From: Minisyncoccia bacterium
Lineage (GTDB): Bacteria; Patescibacteriota; Minisyncoccia; Phycocordibacterales; Phycocordibacteraceae
Direction of reading: 5' to 3'
NCBI GenBank assembly: GCA_038228545.1
Contig: JBBRPE010000001.1
Span: 46,924 to 110,923 of the forward strand
Length of the DNA: 64,000 nt
Shown: in pieces, positions 61,347 through 64,000 of the stretch
Position numbering within the stretch: position 1 is the first letter of the stretch
Layout: every line of letters starts with the position of its first letter
Made by a program: the position numbers and the translations under genes
Notes under the pieces: generated by a model
Told to the model about the DNA's origin: nothing
The model's input: only the letters and a program-made list of their open reading frames with translations
The model's database searches: none

Positions 61347-62000
61347 TTAAACGATGATGTCGCCGTTACCGCCGGGTTTCGGGTCGTCCGGACCGGACGC
61401 CTTTTTGTAGAGCGCGATCATCTGCTCGAGAGTCAGTTCCGGTTGATTCTGAGCGAGTGGTGTTCTGTCTGTCGCTTCCACAGCGCGTACGTAGCGCTGC
61501 CCCTCTGATTCCACATAGCGGACTGGATGCCCAGTCGCGGGCTTAGCCAATAAAAAGCGGCCATGTTTGTCGTGACGAATGACATCTTCTCCAAAGAGAC
61601 TTCTTCGAGTCTCAGTTGGGAACGACCCACCGACGGTGATGTTTGCCCTATGGCTGGGCGTACGCCCAACGTGCGGCTTGCGCAGACCAAAGCCAACGAG
61701 CCACACACCCATACCTCCAAGCATGCCGACCCAGGCTGACGTGACGAGTACGGTCATAAAGATATATTCCCAGTACGGGACGTCGAACCACCACGCCACG
61801 ACAGCGACCAGGCCAACGAGCGCCATGAAGGCGACGAGGTGCTCGAGGACCTTGTGTGCGAATCGCCGTCGAAACGAAACAGTGATGAGGAAGTGCAGCG
61901 TGGCAGACAAGGCGCCAACCACAGTCCACCCGAATACCGATTCGGTCATGTCTGACTCCTGCCAAAGTGCTACTTCCTGCCAACCAAGAAGTGTAAGCAT
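61347..62000 (-). CDS. hypothetical membrane protein
   Basis: 4-5 TM segments and a soluble C-terminal domain. Confidence 0.45.
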   Translation of the reverse strand: MLTLLGWQEVALWQESDMTESVFGWTVVGALSATLHFLITVSFRRRFAHKVLEHLVAFMALVGLVAVVAWWFDVPYWEYIFMTVLVTSAWVGMLGGMGVWLVGFGLRKPHVGRTPSHRANITVGGSFPTETRRSLFGEDVIRHDKHGRFLLAKPATGHPVRYVESEGQRYVRAVEATDRTPLAQNQPELTLEQMIALYKKASGPDDPKPGGNGDIIV

Positions 62001-62042
62001 TATTCAATCACTGAAGTAAAGAAAGTCAATTTTTAGACGTTC

Positions 62043-62076
62043 GAAGGGCCCGGCGTGTATGACGCGCCGGGCCCTC
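62043..62076 (-). terminator. GC hairpin after the 62079 gene (weak T-tract)
   Basis: gaagggcccggcg-tgtatgac-gcgccgggccctc. Confidence 0.4.
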
Positions 62077-62078
62077 GT

Positions 62079-62678
62079 TTAGAAATTGAACTGTTCGAAG
62101 CGCGCATCAAAGCGCCTCCACAGGTCTTCACCCATCTCCGGACTACGGAAGCCGTACGAACTGGTAAAGTCGCGCGGCTCATTGCCGAAGTCGTTGAACA
62201 AAAAGCCGTGCGTGTCCGTAACCATGAAGCGCACAGAAGCGGGTGGCGGAATTTCTTTTCCCATCAGCGGCCGCCCGGAATATTCGCGGGGGTCGTTCAG
62301 TTCCGGGACGCCCGTGCCGTACACCATATGGTCGGTTTCCGATAACCGGTATGCTTTCGTACCGATGATGAAGCGTGCCTTTGTGTCGCCTTTTGCCACG
62401 AACTCCGTAAGAGCCTCGACCACTGCCGGTGCACTCAGAATGCCGGGGGTTCGTTCTCCCAGGTACAGAGCGAATTCACACATCGTTGCTTCACGAATGA
62501 GCGTAGCAACGAGAGACGTCAGCACGTCGAAGCTGTCCGTGAAGCGTGTTGTGCCGATACGCGCGGGCGAAGCGGCAATATTGCGCACGAAGCCCGGATG
62601 TTGCTCAAGAGCTACAACCCGATCCGTCCGAAATTGTTCGCGTTGTGCACGCGAAAGTATATTTCTTTGACTGTGCAC
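62079..62678 (-). CDS. hypothetical protein, GC3-rich ORFan (GTG start with gggaggg RBS)
   Basis: ~58% GC. Strong SD 5 nt upstream of the GTG. Confidence 0.45.
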   Translation of the reverse strand: MHSQRNILSRAQREQFRTDRVVALEQHPGFVRNIAASPARIGTTRFTDSFDVLTSLVATLIREATMCEFALYLGERTPGILSAPAVVEALTEFVAKGDTKARFIIGTKAYRLSETDHMVYGTGVPELNDPREYSGRPLMGKEIPPPASVRFMVTDTHGFLFNDFGNEPRDFTSSYGFRSPEMGEDLWRRFDARFEQFNF

Positions 62679-62721
62679 GGTTTCCCTCCCGGTGCAGTTG
62701 GAACAAATTACCTGGTAAGTA

Positions 62722-63381
62722 TTATACCTTCTTTTTCTTATTTTTCCAGTCTTCTATCTTTGCGTGGTTGCCGGAGGCGAGTACTTTCGGAACCTTATAG
62801 TTCTTCCCTTCCCAGGCAATCGACTCGGGACGTGTATACACGGCGGGTGATGCCGTGCGACGCTCCTCAACTGATTCGTCTTTTCCGAGGACGCCCGGAA
62901 GGCGGCGCGTAACCGCGTCGACAATGGCCATGGCTGGCACCTCAGCTCCCGTGAGTGTCGCTTCTCCGACCGAATATTTCTTAACGATGCCAAATGTCTT
63001 GAGTATTGAGAGCGCCCTGTCGTCTATGCCTTCGTAGCGACCACACACGAGCACCACATCATCAAACTTCGCGAGTTTGTCTGCTTCGGTATTCGTAAAC
63101 TTTGATGCGCTCGGTGAAAACCACACGAGTGCAATCTTGCCCTTACGACGTGTGAGCGACTTCTTGACCGCACGCACTACCGGAAGCGCCGTCATGACCA
63201 TACCGGGACCGCCACCATACGGACGCTCATCTACTTTGCCCCATTTGTTATCAACGAACGGACGCGGACTCTGATAGTCCACTCCAATGTGTTTCTCTTT
63301 CCGGGCGCGTCCCAAAATAGACGCGTTCAGATACGCATCGCAGGCTTCAGGAAAAAGAGTAATGAGGTGGAAACGAATCAT
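62722..63381 (-). CDS. trmD: tRNA (guanine37-N1)-methyltransferase
   Basis: SPOUT/TrmD family (ALVWFSPSAS...VVLVCGRYEGIDDR). Confidence 0.9.
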   Translation of the reverse strand: MIRFHLITLFPEACDAYLNASILGRARKEKHIGVDYQSPRPFVDNKWGKVDERPYGGGPGMVMTALPVVRAVKKSLTRRKGKIALVWFSPSASKFTNTEADKLAKFDDVVLVCGRYEGIDDRALSILKTFGIVKKYSVGEATLTGAEVPAMAIVDAVTRRLPGVLGKDESVEERRTASPAVYTRPESIAWEGKNYKVPKVLASGNHAKIEDWKNKKKKV

Positions 63382-63418
63382 ACGTAAGATTCTAACGTAT
63401 CGAGTGCGAAAGAGATGC

Positions 63419-63507
63419 CTGAGATGCGAGGCGCGACGAGAGAATTTCTGCAGACGTACTAGCAGTACGGCGGAAGAAATGCTCGATGCCGCAACGAAGC
63501 AGATTGG
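63419..63507 (+). repeat. 88-nt structured interspersed element, copy E
   Basis: tgagatgcgaggcgcgacg...agacgtactagcagtacg...gccgcaacgaagcagattgg. Confidence 0.7.
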
Positions 63508-63527
63508 GCGTATTCTTTCGTGCTCGC

Positions 63528-63827
63528 TTAGAGGCTGTCGATAACCTCGTCTACCGAACGAACTTCCGCTTCATGCTTACCTCCAGCAGGCTCGTTAATC
63601 TTGAGATTCACACGTGCGTTATGCTTCATACCGACAACTCGCAGAAGTGTGCGAAGCGCCTTCGCGATGTTGCCTTCGCGACCGATTATTTTACCCATGT
63701 CGTCCGGAGAAACAGTGAGTGTAAGAAGTACGCCCATTTCATCAACAGTACGAGTGATAGCAACGCCATCAGGAGTATCAACGAGTGCCTTTATTACGTA
63801 TTCGAGAAATGCGTGGTCTTGTTCCAT
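63528..63827 (-). CDS. KH-domain RNA-binding protein (UPF0109/YlqC-like)
   Basis: GKIIGREGNIAKALRTLL (GxxG KH motif). Confidence 0.8.
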   Translation of the reverse strand: MEQDHAFLEYVIKALVDTPDGVAITRTVDEMGVLLTLTVSPDDMGKIIGREGNIAKALRTLLRVVGMKHNARVNLKINEPAGGKHEAEVRSVDEVIDSL

Positions 63828-63896
63828 ATCGTTTCAGAGTAGACGGCAATTAAGATATAAGGACGAACGAGAAAGGCGCAGTGCGCCGAGAGACTT

Positions 63897-64000
63897 ACGC
63901 GGCTGGAGCCTCTTCTGTTGCAGGAGTTTCCGAAGCTTCTGCTTCAGGAGCAGCCTCAGCTTCTGCAACTACTTCAGGAGAAGCTGTGACAGTAACTTCC
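63897..64000 (-). CDS. partial CDS, Ala/Glu-rich C-terminal tail; possibly ribosomal protein S16 with CPR-type extension
   Basis: Minus-strand reading ...EVTVTASPEVVAEAEAAPEAEASETPATEEAPAA then stop. Assignment rests only on the conserved rpsP-KH-(rimM)-trmD gene order. Confidence 0.3.

Overview
The window is a ~50% GC bacterial chromosomal segment with a Patescibacteria/CPR-like character. Evidence for that: a Lys-rich N-terminal tail on RpoD, a competence-type type IV pilus locus, a streamlined housekeeping set, and no rRNA, tRNA or CRISPR arrays. Coordinates of features I found by eye (repeats, terminators, promoters) are approximate to within a few nt, because the displayed sequence has at least one short line (36241). 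CDS coordinates follow the ORF track. Main gene content: a type IV pilus operon (pilB, pilC, pseudopilins, a pilin-LVIVD beta-propeller fusion, a major pilin) at 3.0-8.9 kb; class I ribonucleotide reductase nrdAB on the minus strand; an OmpR/histidine-kinase two-component pair; an undecaprenyl-phosphate recycling and glycan-export locus (uppP, DedA, GtrB-like GT2, ABC-2 exporter, GtrA-like); an FAD-linked oxidase; a RAYT/IS200-like transposase flanked by REP palindromes; cytochrome bd oxidase cydAB; prmC, hisS, a helicase-nuclease, rpoD, dnaG, rpoC, rpoB, trmD and a KH-domain protein. Superimposed on this are (i) a six-copy ~88-nt interspersed element that folds as a long imperfect hairpin with compensatory base changes, (ii) three long perfect palindromes sharing a TTGTGACG-N2-CGTCACAA core, (iii) about eight isolated GC3-rich ORFans, including a convergent two-gene ~60% GC island (35.3-37.4 kb) carrying a DndB-like/DGQHR ParB-fold protein, and (iv) an rpoB reading frame interrupted by a single in-frame TAG. 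TAG is used as an ordinary stop elsewhere, so this is not a genetic-code change.
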